A DNA stretch of 64,000 nt from Octopus sinensis (lineage: Eukaryota). The stretch lies in contig NC_043026.1 in NCBI RefSeq assembly GCF_006345805.1, positions 682,001 through 746,000 of the forward strand, given 5' to 3'. This document shows, one piece after another, positions 42,085 through 56,673 of this stretch. The position numbers and the translations under genes are program-made. Position 1 is the first letter of the stretch. Every line of letters begins with the position of its first letter. The notes beneath the pieces are model-generated. The model made no database searches. It saw only the letters and a program-made list of their open reading frames with translations, and was not told where the DNA came from.

Positions 42085-42690
42085 TAGTTGCAATGTATAC
42101 TCAAACACATGCACACACACTCATTATATATACTCACACACATGCACACACACTCCTTATATATACTCACACACATGCAACACACACCATTATATATACT
42201 CACACAATGCACACACCACCCATTATATATACTCACACACATGCACACACACCCATTATATATACTCACACACATGCACACCACATCCTTATATATACTC
42301 ACACACATGCACACACACCCATTATATATACTCACACACATGCACACACACTCCTTATATATAATCACACACATGCACACAAACTCATTATTATACCACA
42401 CACCATGCACACACACCCATTATATATACTCAACACACATGCACAACACACTCCTTATAGATACTCCCACAACATGCACACACACTCCTTATAATACTCA
42501 CACAATGCACACACACTCCTTATATTATACTCACACACATGCACACACACTCATTATATATACTCACACACATGCACACACCACCCATTATATATATCAC
42601 ACACAGCAACACACTCCTTATATATACTCAACACATGCACACAACACTCTTTATATATACTCACAACACATGCACACACACTCATATATA
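42085..42690. repeat. Degenerate ~35-bp minisatellite (ACACATGCACACACACTCATTATATATACTCAC)
   Basis: Visible periodic repetition next to a SINE tail. Confidence 0.85.
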
Positions 42691-43155
42691 TAAGGCGGTG
42701 CTTTAGCATGGCCGCAGTTCAAATGACTGAAAAAGTAAAGAAGGAGAGAGAGAGAGAGGGGGGGAGGGAGACAATGTGGTGTGTAAGAGAGAGGGAGAGA
42801 GTATTTCTTATTCACCATAAGGTTGAGAAAAAGAGGGGACAATATGGGGACAGACAAACAAACGTTGGGGGTCAGGGTTATCGAATGAGACGAAACGTAT
42901 GAATAAACAAACAATTAAAATATATACAATTAAATGAGAATGAGTGATTAACAAAAAATGAAGCGGAGAAACGGTCGGCGACCCCACAAACCACAGACTC
43001 ACACTGAAGACTTTGCTTTATCCTTTTTTACATTCGTTTAAAACAGGTTCTTTCACTCGCAACAATGCTTGCTATGTACTTCCAGACTTTGCCTTTTCTT
43101 CTTTCGGGGTTCGACTAAATAAGTACCAGTACGCACTGGGGTCGATATAATCGAC

Positions 43156-43255
43156 NNNNNNNNNNNNNNNNNNNNNNNNNNNNNNNNNNNNNNNNNNNNN
43201 NNNNNNNNNNNNNNNNNNNNNNNNNNNNNNNNNNNNNNNNNNNNNNNNNNNNNNN
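43156..43255. other. Assembly gap (100 N)
   Basis: Run of N. Confidence 1.
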
Positions 43256-43417
43256 ATGATGATGATAATAATAATAATGATAATAATAATGATAATAATA
43301 ATATAATAATATAATAATAATAATAAACCGATAATAATGCCGATAATAATGATGATGATGATGGTGATAATAATAAGGATGATAATAATGATGATGATGA
43401 TAATAAGGATGTTGATG

Positions 43418-43451
<34 letters not shown>

Positions 43452-43630
43452 CGATAATAATAATGATGATGATGATGATGATGAAGATGATGATAAAGAT
43501 GATGATGATAATAATGATAAGGATGATAATAATAATAATGATAATAATAATGATGATGATGATAATGGTGATAATAATAAGGATGATAATAATAATAATA
43601 ATGATGATGATGATGATGATAATAAGGATG

Positions 43631-43667
<37 letters not shown>

Positions 43668-43783
43668 CGATAATAATAATGATGATGATGATGATGATGA
43701 AGATGATGATAAAGATGATGATGATAATAATGATAAGGATGATAATAATAATAATGATGATGATGATGATGATAATAAGGATG

Positions 43784-43817
<34 letters not shown>

Positions 43818-44064
43818 CGATAATAATAATGATGATGATGATGATGATGAAGATGATGATAAAGATGATGATGATAATAATGATAAGGATGATAATAATA
43901 ATAATGATAATAATAATGATGATGATGATAATGTTGATAATAATAAGGATGATAATAATAATAATAATGATGATGATGATGATGATAATAAGGATGATAA
44001 TATAATATATAATAATAAAATAATAATGATGATGATGATGATGATGATATAGATGATAATAAAC

Positions 44065-44095
<31 letters not shown>

Positions 44096-44192
44096 TTATG
44101 ATGATGATGATGATAATATTAGAAGCGTTGGAAATATCAAAAAAGTTGCAAACAAATATATAAATCAAAACTTGAGGACATAGACACACACA

Positions 44193-44223
<31 letters not shown>

Positions 44224-45031
44224 CATTACAAAACATGAATAGGAAAAACATAAAAAAAACATTAAAAAAAAACTGAAATAATGCAGAGAAAATCAAGGCT
44301 CACAGAATGTGCATCCAGTGATGTAGGAAAAAATATGCAACAAAAATAAGGGGACTGAAATTATGAGAGCAGCAGCGACAACAACAACAACAACAATAAT
44401 AATAGTTTCAGATTTCGGGAGAAGTTGATGACTTTGACCCCAGTATCTGACTGGTATTTCATTTTATTGACACCCCAAAAGATTAAACGCAAAGTTGACT
44501 GAGATGGCAGTCAATTGAGATTGAGATAAAAGCCAGAGGCCTGTAAGGAGTCTGCCAGCTTGCCAAATCATAATAATAATAATGATAATAATGATAATGA
44601 TAATAATAATTCTAATAATGATAATAATCATGGTAATAACAATGATGATAATAATAATGATGATAATAATAATCATAATAATGATAATAATCATAATAAT
44701 GATAATAATCATAATAACGACAATAATAATAATAATAATAATGATAATAATAATAATAATGATAATAATAAAAATAATGATAATAATAAAAATAATGATA
44801 ATAATGATGATAATAATAATAATAATAATGATAATAATAATAATAATGATAATAATAACAATAATAATAATGATGATGATAATAATAATAATGATAATAA
44901 TAACAATAATAATAATGATGATGATAATAATAATGATAATAATAATATTAATAATAATAATAATGATAATAATAATAATAATGATAATAATAAAAATAAT
45001 GATAATAATAAAAATAATGATAATAATGATG

Positions 45032-45063
<32 letters not shown>

Positions 45064-45286
45064 GATAATAATGATAATAATAATAATAATGATAATAATA
45101 AAAATAATGATAATAATGATGATAATAATAATAATCATAATAATGATAATAATCATGATAATAATAATAATAATAACAACAATGATGATAATAACCATAA
45201 TAATGTTAATAATAATGATGATGATGAAGATGATGAGGAAGAGGAGGAGAAGGAGGAGGAGGAATAGCAACATACAATAACAAATA

Positions 45287-45319
<33 letters not shown>

Positions 45320-45380
45320 GTGATGATGATGATGAATAGCAACAGACAATAACAAACGATGATGATGATGATGATGATGA
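43256..45380. repeat. AAT/GAT microsatellite fields with higher-order repetition
   Basis: Recurrent ACCGATAATAAT and AAGGATGAT markers between 43330 and 44000. Confidence 0.9.
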
Positions 45381-45789
45381 TTTCTAAAATAGTGAGAAGT
45401 CCACAGATTTCAGGAGAGGAGAATGTTTGAGTTGCAAAAAAAATAAAATAAATAAATAAAAATCAGGTGGTGTTTCATTCTACGACCCCTGGAAGGGAGA
45501 GAGGCGATGTAAAACTCGTAAGGAGTTGAACCCAGAATGTAAAATGACATACTAGAAAGACATCCGATCTGATGCTCTACCAATTCTGGCAAAAAGAATC
45601 TCATAACATATTATCAGAAGGGTTTCGTAGTTTGGCAAAAATCCAGCAATTTTATTGGCAAGGAGTCAATTACATCGACCCCTCAGTACGCAGCTGGTAT
45701 TTTTTTTATCGGTCTTACAATGATACAATGCAAAAGACAACCTCAGCAGAATTTGAACCATAACCTAGAGTTGAATAATGATGATAATA

Positions 45790-45824
<35 letters not shown>

Positions 45825-45974
45825 AATAATAATAATAATAATAATAATGATTATAATAATGATAATAATAATGATACTATGAATAATAATAATATTAATG
45901 ATGATGATGATGATGATGATAATGATAATAATAATAATAATAATGATGATAATAATCATCATCATCATCATCAT

Positions 45975-46290
45975 CATCGTTTAACGTTCGCTTTCCATGC
46001 TAGCATGGGTTGGACGGTTCAACTGGGGTCTGGCAAGCCCGAAGGCTGCACCAGGCCAGTCAGATCTGGCAGTGTTTCTACAGCTGGATGCCCTTCCTAA
46101 CGCCAACCACTCCGAGAGTGTAGTGGGTGATTTTATGTGCCATCGACACAGGTGCCAGACGAGGCTGGCAGACGGCCACACTCGGATGGTGCTTTTTATG
46201 TGCACCGGCACAGGTGCCAGACGAGGCTGGCAGACGGCCACGCTCGGATGGTGTTTTTTATGTGCCACCGACACAGTTGCCAGACACCAT
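45975..46290 (-). mobile_element. Retroposon with a (GAT)n tail; related copy at 57600-57875 in the opposite orientation
   Basis: Shared CAGCTGGATGCCCTTCCTAACGCCAACCACTCCGAGAG core adjoining (CAT)n. Confidence 0.7.
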
Positions 46291-46300
46291 AATAATAATA

Positions 46301-46347
<47 letters not shown>

Positions 46348-47490
46348 AATAATAATAATAATAATAATGATAATAATAATTCTTTCTACTTTCAAAGAGC
46401 TGGAAAATGTGTTTTGTCTGATGTGCTGCTAATGATTCTACCAGCAGATCACCTTAACACTACAAGCACTTGACTAATAGTTATTTGATCAACTTGGTTA
46501 ATGTTGAAAGACAACGCATCTATATTTCGACATGGATTGTAAAGTCATTCAAAAAAATAAGGCAAGGCATTTGGGATGGCATACTTACTAGTTCTGCATG
46601 TTTACAAAATAATATCAATGATTTCGTTTGTTTGTACATAGGGGCAGCAGATGATGGTGGCATTACAAGGACAAGTTAGAATTTGGATGAGGTATTAAAT
46701 AAAAGATGAGGAGAAAGAAAAGGAAAAGACAGTGAAATGAGATAAAATTTTACATAATAAAGCATTCGTTCTTGATTTCTGTGACGATGACAAGATAAAC
46801 AGGTATATTGAGTTTGTGGTTCCTCAGGTGGCTTATTAGGCTGATATTAACATGAAATGCACAGATACACTGGGGACATGTAGCAGCAGAGTAAGGACAT
46901 GTAGGAAAGACTGTTGCTTTCCATGCAGTCCTTCTCTCCAGTTTCTCTGGCCATTTCTCATTGTCACGACTGCACTCCAGAGTACAGAGTACGCTATCCT
47001 GAAGGGGAGCACAAATATGTGAATATCACATTCGTGATGCAGTCCTCCTCATGGAGGAGAAGAACTTCCAATGAGGGCCAATCAACGAACCTCATAGACC
47101 CAGGATCACGCCAACCATCAATTGCACAAGCCCTCAACCAACAGCTGTTCTCCAAGAGGAAATGGGGGAACGGTGCAGTTAACTACAATGAATCCCGCTA
47201 ATCCATTGGTACTTTATTGCATTGGCCCCTTCAAGAACCCTTCAAGAATGAAAGACAAAACTGGAATCCAAAATGAAAAGAACCGGAATAAATGCCACAA
47301 GAAATTTTGGGCAATATTCCAATGGATCTCCTAGCTCACTGCATTTAATGATAATACTAATACTACTACTAATAATAATAATGATAATAATAACAACAAC
47401 AACAACAATAATAATGATAACAATAATAATATATTACATGTTTACATTTACAAATATATGCATATGCGTATATCAAGGTGTGCATATATA

Positions 47491-47541
<51 letters not shown>

Positions 47542-47799
47542 CATATGCATGCATGCACACACACACACACATGTGCGTGTGCAAGCATGTGTGTGAATAA
47601 TGATAATGGTGATTATTCAAAACAAGTAAATTTCGTTGCAAAATTATGAAATATATATTACAAAAATACAAAACATGAATATAAATATACAGGATATATA
47701 ATATATATAAAAGTGTGTATACATGTGTGCGTCTGCACATACACACACACACTTGCACATGTAATACTTGTATACATGTATGTAAGTGAATATATATAT

Positions 47800-47831
<32 letters not shown>

Positions 47832-48090
47832 TATATATACACATATACAGATATATACATAAATAAGTATACATGCATATAGGTAATTCAACATAATTTC
47901 AACATATTAAAAGTTTATGAAATACCAAATATGAAAGTACAAAAGCTATATACATCATGTAATACATACATAGGTACACCTACACATACACACACACAAA
48001 CACACGCATGCCCATCTAAGCACATACATACATATAGACTCATATAAATATGTATGTAAATATGCAGAAATATGCATGTGTGTGCGTTTG

Positions 48091-48121
<31 letters not shown>

Positions 48122-48334
48122 GTATGTATGTATATATATATATATATATACACATACACATATAGGTGTATATTGCATGTATATAATACATAACACACAT
48201 GCATACACACACATATATGCATATAGAGAAACACAAGTTTTGTTCTGAAAATAATGCAAAAGTCGGCGTAACCTTTGGTTACAACATTTGAATGCCTGAA
48301 TGTTTTTCCTAAAAGGATTCAAGAATTTGGTCCC

Positions 48335-48462
48335 TCAAGAATTGAGAGGCCTCCCTTGTGATGGAGGAGAGTTTTTTTTTAGAGTAGAAATGTTACTCTG
48401 GCCCAATGTGCAATTTGAATGGCCCTTGCCATTAAATATAAATGTTGTGTCCACTCTTGTAT
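48335..48462 (-). CDS. Gene C putative last coding exon ([14 protein letters not shown]...GRPLNS*)
   Basis: ttgtcctgtaactag acceptor; phase 1 matches the 50133 donor; 41 open codons then TGA. Confidence 0.55.
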
Positions 48463-48615
48463 CTAGTTACAGGACAACACTTGTGAGTTTGTTTGTGCAT
48501 GTTTGTGTGTGTGTGTATATATATATATACACATGCATACACACATATTTGCATATATATATATATATATATATATATCTATACATACATCTAGATATAA
48601 ATATAATATATATCT

Positions 48616-48668
<53 letters not shown>

Positions 48669-48679
48669 CTATACATACG

Positions 48680-48746
<67 letters not shown>

Positions 48747-49097
48747 CATATATATAATATATTGGTTATATTTCGGATGGTCATTTTGCCAGTTTTAGCC
48801 AATAAAAACACACACGCACTATATATTTGGTGGTTTTGCTTCAGTTTTATTTATTTATTTTTACATTAATCTTAATCTTATTTCGGCCAGAGTTCTTTCG
48901 TCACACTCCTGTGACCACATCAGTGGTCTTTTGTTTTCTTCTTTAAGATTAATGTAAAAAATAAATAGCACTGAAGCAAAGTAACACCAAATATATAGTG
49001 CGTGTGTTTTTATTGGCTAAACTGGCAAATGACCATTCCGAAATACAACAATATCTGTTTCAACACACGACTTCACATAAAAAATCTTGCACAACAA

Positions 49098-49139
<42 letters not shown>

Positions 49140-49399
49140 TGTATTTATTAGTGTATAAATTGCATTATTTTATACTTGGTTTTAACTGAAACAAAATAGA
49201 GTATGACATATATGAGTAAATATGGTTGTGTGTATATCTATCTATCTACCTATATATACATACATACATAAAAAAAAGACAAACACTAATTAAAGAAACA
49301 ATTTAATTACAACAGTTGTACTTCCAATATCATTGAACTATTGATATAAATACATATACTCAAATATGAGTGTGTATATATATTTATATATACATATAT

Positions 49400-49450
<51 letters not shown>

Positions 49451-49924
49451 CATACATATATATATATTCATATATAAATATATTACGGAGATGTAGTTGC
49501 ATAGCAAGTGACTTAATCTGAGATCGTGTGCTGAAACGAAAACAATTGCAGCGTGGAAGGTGTTTGTAAGCCATTTAAGAAGCACACAAAAGCCGTTCGA
49601 TTCACTTCAACATTTAAGTTTAATTTGTCAAAATATTTTCATCGCTTTAAGACCGCGACCTCTTCACTGACAAAAATATGTGCTGCATCTCTGTCATATT
49701 TTCGTCAGTGAACAGGTTGCAGTCTTAAAGCGACGAAAATATTTTGACAAATTAAACTTAAATGTTGAAGTGAATCGAACGTTTTTTGTGTTTCTTAAAT
49801 GGCTTACAAACATCTTCCACACTGCAATTGTTTATATAAATATATATATATATATGCATACATATATATATATGTACACATATATATCTTTATATATATA
49901 TATGTACACACACACACACATATA

Positions 49925-49961
<37 letters not shown>

Positions 49962-50132
49962 TTATAAATAGATAGATAGATAGTTATAAGCATACACACA
50001 TACACATACATACCCACAAAGACAGACACGGATAGATTCACCATTTCCACACACACACACACACATACACACACTGACAACATGTCTGGTCATCACTACT
50101 ATTCTACTAATAAACAGGTGGAAAGAAGCTAC

Positions 50133-50439
50133 CTGTGTTTGCAAGTATTGCTGATGCCGGGGATACACTAGACAAACTCTCTGGATCTTTTAGGTTCATG
50201 TTGTCAGCATCTAAACAAAACGGTGCGGATTTGGAGACCGGGCTAGTGGTGTGGCTGTTATTGGTGGTGGCCGTCAGGTGGCAAGAGTTGGCAGAGTCGT
50301 TATTGTTGTTACTAGGGTAACGCTTTGTACGCTTTTTTTTCAAAAAATGAGCAAATCCTCTTTTCCAAGTGGAAGATTTCACAGCAGCTTTTTTACGTTC
50401 CTGGGTTGGTTCATAGCTTATCGAGTTCTTCAGAGCCTT
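50133..50439 (-). CDS. Gene C exon (307 nt; KALKNSISYEPTQERKK...SAILANT), basic and low-complexity region
   Basis: Long polypyrimidine tract + ccag acceptor, ACAG|gtagct donor, phase 0->1, open throughout (inside ORF 50107-50517). Confidence 0.7.
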
Positions 50440-50641
50440 CTGGAATTTGGAAAAGAAAACAACAAAAAAAGAAAGAATATTTAGAGAAAATGTGAGAAAT
50501 ATAATAAACAGAGTCAAACAGAATGAAATACAAAATAGGAGAAAGAGAGAAGGAGAGAGAGAGAAAGCAAAAGAGAGAAAAATGTGGGAGAGAAGGTAAA
50601 AATAAAGGAAGGGATCGTAAATGAAATGTGAATGAATTTGT

Positions 50642-50676
<35 letters not shown>

Positions 50677-50949
50677 GAATTAGAGATAAAACCACTATTA
50701 GGCAAATCAAAATTTTTTAAAAAATTGCTAAACTTCGCTAACATAAATATTTCAATTACCTGAAGATTGACTGTAACCATAACTCGAATTATTACGAATT
50801 GTACAGCCATGAAACGATCGTAGTGTTTTACTCTTTATCTTTTATTAAACTTTTAATACTTTTGAATTTAAAATAATAATATAAATTAATAATTTATGTA
50901 TTGGCTTATGTTTTTCATTGTTTGATTTGCCTAATAGTGGTTTTATCTC

Positions 50950-50998
<49 letters not shown>

Positions 50999-51370
50999 AT
51001 ATATATAATATATATATATATATAATAAATTGGTAAAAACGGTAAGATAACAAAGAAAGAAGAGACCTCAATATTATGTAAATAGAGGAAATTTATCTAT
51101 AAAATAATATGTTACAAGTACTCAATAGGTTAAGATAAAAACTCTGAGTTTTATATATTATATATTATTTATATTTATATTATATATATATTATATTAAT
51201 TATATTTATATTATTTGTTATTTATGTATTGGTTTATGTCTATCACTGTTTGAGTTGCATAATAGTGGTTTTATCTCTAATTCATATTTTATATATTTAA
51301 TATTTTGAACTGTGAAATTTGATTTAATCCTTAATCTAATTTTTTCCCTGTAATTTGGAGCCATACTCCC

Positions 51371-51419
<49 letters not shown>

Positions 51420-51648
51420 TATAAGGAAAATAAGACAGGGTAGAAATGTTAAAATAATTTTAACACAAGAACATTCTAGTACTGGTTTCAGTCTATGCAA
51501 ATTTTTCAACTTGGAGTAAAGCATGGAAAACAATCAAATTATGGAAAAATTAATTGAAATGTTTTTTTCAGAATATTTCCATAGTTTTCAAATGCAAGGG
51601 ACATTTTCCATCTTCCAGTCTGTCTCTGACTCCCTTTTTCACTCTTGT

Positions 51649-51685
<37 letters not shown>

Positions 51686-52009
51686 AAAAAAATACAAACT
51701 GGGACAAGAACGCAAAACATTTAGAAGACGATACAAAAAACACGGATGGGACATTCGAAGCCTTCAATCTTCAGTCAAGAACCGGATCATCCTCGCAATT
51801 TCGGCTGATTAATCTTGAAGTGGCTGTGTGGTAAGAAGCTTGCTTCCCAACCACATGGTCCTGGGTTCAGTCCCACAGTGTGGCACCTTGGGCAAGTGTC
51901 TTCTACTAAAGCCTCAAGCCGACCAAAGCCTTGTGAGTGGATTTGGTAGATGGAAACTGAAAGAAGACTGTCGTATGTAAATATATATATATAATATATA
52001 CATACATAC

Positions 52010-52055
<46 letters not shown>

Positions 52056-52898
52056 TAAAGGGTGAAATATAATTAATTTAATAAAATCAATAAATTTCAC
52101 CTAGTAGTATTTCGGTATGGAAAGGACCATATTTGGTAAAAATTAATATAATTATAATAAGGGTTTTTTGCAACAAGTTGCTTAAACCACTTACCGAAAA
52201 TATTAGAAATAGCAGTCAAAAGGCTACCATTTCTATTACTACAAAAATAAGCCTTCACAAACAACCGTATTTGTAATCCAGTAGACTGTGTCGTTTCGTT
52301 GTTTTCCTTCTCCTTTTACCATATATGAGTTACAAATAAGGTTGTTTGTGGAGGCTTATTCTTGTAGTTATAGAAATGGTAGCCCTTTGACTGCTGTTTC
52401 TAATATTTTCAGTATGAGGTTTAAGCAACTTGTTGCAAAAAACCCTTATTATAATTCTATATATATATATATGTATATATGCTCACCAAGATAGTAATTC
52501 CATTCTAAAGATGGGGTGACTGCTTATAAAGTTGAAACCTGTGTTATTTCATTTACATTCACTAACTCCCGTCTACTTCATGTGTCCACACAATGCACAA
52601 TGTCTCACTATAAAGGTCCAGAAACCAATTCCAGGCCTCCTCAAAGGCTCTTTCCAACGATGTTTGCTGTCAGATGTTATTCTCTCCCCATGTCAACCCA
52701 AACCAAAGAGTCATATGATCAAACCTGCTTCCAATCACGACAGTCCCATCGTAGATTCAGACATAGCGTTTCTAGGCCTGAGGTCCACGAAGAAATTTCG
52801 TTACATCGACCAAAACTGTTTGCAGAACGCGAGAAATGGTGATGGGATGTCTTCTCAATTCTTTCGCATTTAAGCCGCCCAGATCTGGTCTCTCTTAC

Positions 52899-52952
52899 CT
52901 TTCCCACAACGCCATTGTAAAAATAAACAAGTACATCAATGAAATCACAAAG
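52899..52952 (-). CDS. Gene C small exon (54 nt; LCDFIDVLVYFYNGVVGK)
   Basis: ctcatag acceptor, AAG|gtaaga donor, phase 0->0, compatible with the 50439 exon. Confidence 0.55.
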
Positions 52953-54600
52953 CTATGAGATAATCCATGATTAATTCAAAACAATGTAAATGAAAGAAGC
53001 TTTACATTTGACAGAATAACCCGAAGGCTAAAGGATTAAAATTCCAGGGACCTTTAATTCTTTAGGTTTGTCTTTTTAAGGAAGGTGCGTATGTAATGTG
53101 TGTAGGGGTAGGGGTGGGCCTCTCAGGTATTCACAGACCACCCAACTTTCTGGACTCCGGGTCAAAGTCCTTGCTGGACTCCCAACTCTTATCGGATCTA
53201 CCGAGGACTTCATTATCTAATGTGTTCTTCCTTCTGTAAGACAAATATGGCGGCACAGCACACGAGGGGAAGTTTGGCTGTTATTTCTAGCTGTCACATA
53301 GAAAAACAGCATTTTGATGTTTGTTGTTGTAGAGAGCCTGTTGTTGCTGTTGCTAGCGGTGATGGTGGTGCAAGGGTGTAAGGGTTGTTGTGATGGTGGT
53401 GGTGGTAGTGGTGGTGGTAGTAGTAGTAGCAGCAGCAGCAGTAGTGATGGTGGTAGTAGTAGTAGTAGTAATAGTAGTAGTGGTGGTGGTGGTGGTAGTG
53501 GTGGTAGTGGTGGTGGTGGTGGTAGTAAAAGCTTTAGTTAAATGAGTGAAGCAGGGGTATTTGTAGCAGTGACAGTAGTATAGGCAGCAGTATTGTGTAA
53601 TGGTAGATGAGATGGTGGTGGTGGTGGTGGTGGTGGTGGTGGTGGTAGTTGTGATATGGTCAGCTTGTTTATAGTTCTTTAAATCTGTCGAGAAATACTG
53701 GGGAAAAAAAATGAATAAATATAGAACAGTGACACACCAACAACAACAACAACAATAGCAGCAGCGACAGCAAGCAGCAGCAACAGTAGAAGTAGTAGAA
53801 GTAGTAGTAGAAGTAGTAGTAGTAGTAGTAGTAATAGTAGCAGCAGTAGTAGTAGTAGCAGTAGTGGTGGAGGCTGTGGTAGTAGTAGTAGTAGTAGTAG
53901 TTGTATCTATCAATCTATTTATCTTTCTATCTATGAATCTATCAATCAATCACTCAATCGATCTCTATCTATCAATCAATCTATCAATTAGTCAGTCAAT
54001 CAATCAATCAATCTATCTCTATCTATTTATCAATCAGTCTATCTATCAATCAGTCAATCAATCAATCTATCTATCAATGTATCTATCTATCAATCAATCT
54101 CTCTCAATCTGTCTATCTATCTATCAATCTATCAATCAATCAGTCTGTCAGTCAGTCAATCAATCAATCACTCACTCAATCAATGTATCTATCTGCCTGT
54201 CAGTCTATCTACGGAGAGATAAATAGAGAGACTGAGTGATAAAGATAGCTAGGTAGACAGGTAGAGATGTGCCTGGTATGACTGAGAGTCTAAGAAGCTT
54301 GCTTTGCACCCCATGGTTCCAGGTTCATTCCCATTGCATTACTCCTTAGGCAAGTGTCTTGATGGTTTTATATTTACAGATATTTATTAATATGTCACAT
54401 GTTTTCATAAATCATATATTAGCGCTTGCGTCCACTCCTACACACTCAGTAATACTATAAAAAGAGACAAAACTCCTGTAAAAGTTCAATCTGATGACTC
54501 CACTAGAGTGGAGGTAAGCGCTGATATATGATTTGTAAAAATCATGTGACTGAGCATTGTCTTGTAGGTGAATTTGATGGGTAGAAATTGCATAAAACTT

Positions 54601-54640
<40 letters not shown>

Positions 54641-55094
54641 CTATGTCAAAAATACATTCTTTGCTTCACATGAAAATCACTAAGCTACAGACGATGATGT
54701 TTGTCAGCATTTCGTCTTTGACAAAACTGTACTTAAAAGAGATGACACTTCATTGTAAAACAATCGTTCAATAAGAAAATAGAGACAGATGAATATCTAC
54801 AATAATAATAATAATAGTACTCTTGTGGTTTTCTCCGTCACAACATACGAATGAGAAAGGAAGGGGTGATAGATAAATAAGGAGGGACGGCAAACTGGTA
54901 GTGGGATGATGGAAATTCTATGGTGAAAAAAAATCAAACAGCGTTTCAACTCTGTGTGAGTATATGTATGTATGTGTGTGCATGTACAAGAGAAGTATGT
55001 AAATGTTTGTATGTGTGAACCAGCATTCTTTCAATAACAAATTCTACAATTAGCCATTAGTTTTGACAGCATGGGGCCAGCTAGTATACACCAA

Positions 55095-55152
<58 letters not shown>

Positions 55153-55485
55153 CATACATACGTGGAGGCGCAATGGCACAGTGGTTAGGGCAGCGGACTC
55201 GCGGTCGTAGGATCGCGGTTTCGATTCCCAGACCAGGTGTTGTGTGTGTTTATTGAGCAAAAACACCTAAAAGCTCCACGAGGCTCCAGGAGGGGGTGGT
55301 GATCCCTGCTGTACTCTTTCACACCACTCTTTCTTCTGTTGGCCTGCTCGCTTAGCCAGCGGGGTGGAATCATTCGAAGGCTAAAACAATGCGAAGGCAT
55401 TGTGACCAGCGATGTGTAGCAACATCTGATGGTCTAGTCGGTCACTTGATCACATGATATATACATACATATATACATATATATA

Positions 55486-55531
<46 letters not shown>

Positions 55532-55778
55532 GATGGGTATAAGTAAGTATCTCAATTATTTCTTTTGCCACATGTATCACTGACGAAGGGAGGGCTGTTT
55601 ATAAGCTAACCCTGAAATCGGTCCGATATGGTAATAATGGAATTTTTTAGAGATTTCTGTCGGCTTTTTTTTCGAGTAGCGTACGTATTGTGAAAAATTA
55701 TATGGTAATAGACAATATGTCCAATTTTTTCGGCATATTTGGCATTAGAAATTTTTGCGTTTGCCCTTATATATAAGT

Positions 55779-55813
<35 letters not shown>

Positions 55814-56160
55814 ATATATATATGTATATATATATATATATATTAGAAGAAATGAGGTACTCAGAAATCTGGATAGCTCAAGAACTGCTGGATGGAAAAT
55901 TTCGAGGGAGGCTTGGCCTTGTGACTGGCGTGAATTGATTAGATTTTTGGATCAATCCGGTACCAGAAAACGATTCTGGATTAGTTTTTTTCCGGTTTTA
56001 GTGTATGTGTGCGTGTGTGTATAGTGAAGTAAGTATCAGAGGAAGATATAATGAAGCCAAGAGCATTTTAAACAAACACAAAAAAACAACCCATGTCAAA
56101 TGAAACCAGAGAAATGACAACATGAACACACATATGTATTAATATATACACACACACACC

Positions 56161-56211
<51 letters not shown>

Positions 56212-56291
56212 TGAGTGGATAAACCAAATTAAAGCTGTTTCAAATTATATATATATATATATATATATTTAAGTGTGTGTATATATGTATG

Positions 56292-56330
<39 letters not shown>

Positions 56331-56385
56331 AGTGTGTGTATATATATGTATGTATGTATATATATATGTATATATATATATACAC

Positions 56386-56417
<32 letters not shown>

Positions 56418-56639
56418 GTATATATATATGTATGTGTGTATATATATATATGTATGTATGTATGTATCTGTGCGTGTGTATGCATATAAATATACATAGC
56501 ATATGCATGTATATAAGGATATAAATATGTATAACACACACACATGCACACACATACAAGTGTATTCACACACACACACACACACATCTTAGAATATGAA
56601 ACATGAAGAAACAAATGAAATACTTCCTTCACTATTTAC

Positions 56640-56673
56640 CTTCACTAAGAGGTCTGATGTTGTTTGTTGAAGA
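56640..56673 (-). CDS. Gene C candidate microexon (34 nt; LQQTTSDLLVK)
   Basis: T12-gttggctag acceptor, AAG|gtaaat donor; phase 2->0 reading joins the 52952 exon in frame. Confidence 0.45.

Noticed and set aside
46914-47334. Non-repetitive + strand ORFs as exons
   Set aside because: No partner exons were found. The adjacent - strand reads TCPQCICAFHVNISLISHLRNH, like the terminal zinc finger of an RTE LINE, so decayed retroelement is more likely; unresolved.
50107-50517. Single-exon neuropeptide precursor (hydrophobic start, KR/KK sites)
   Set aside because: The hydrophobic start is the translated polypyrimidine tract, and strong splice sites indicate an internal exon.
52516-52873. Overlapping + strand ORFs of 108 and 113 aa
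   Set aside because: No recognisable motif or convincing splice sites; they fall within an intron of gene C.
53130-53235. Candidate extra gene C exon (RKNTLDNEVLGRSDKSW...)
   Set aside because: The acceptor is good, but its only open frame is phase-incompatible with the neighbouring exons and has no clear donor.
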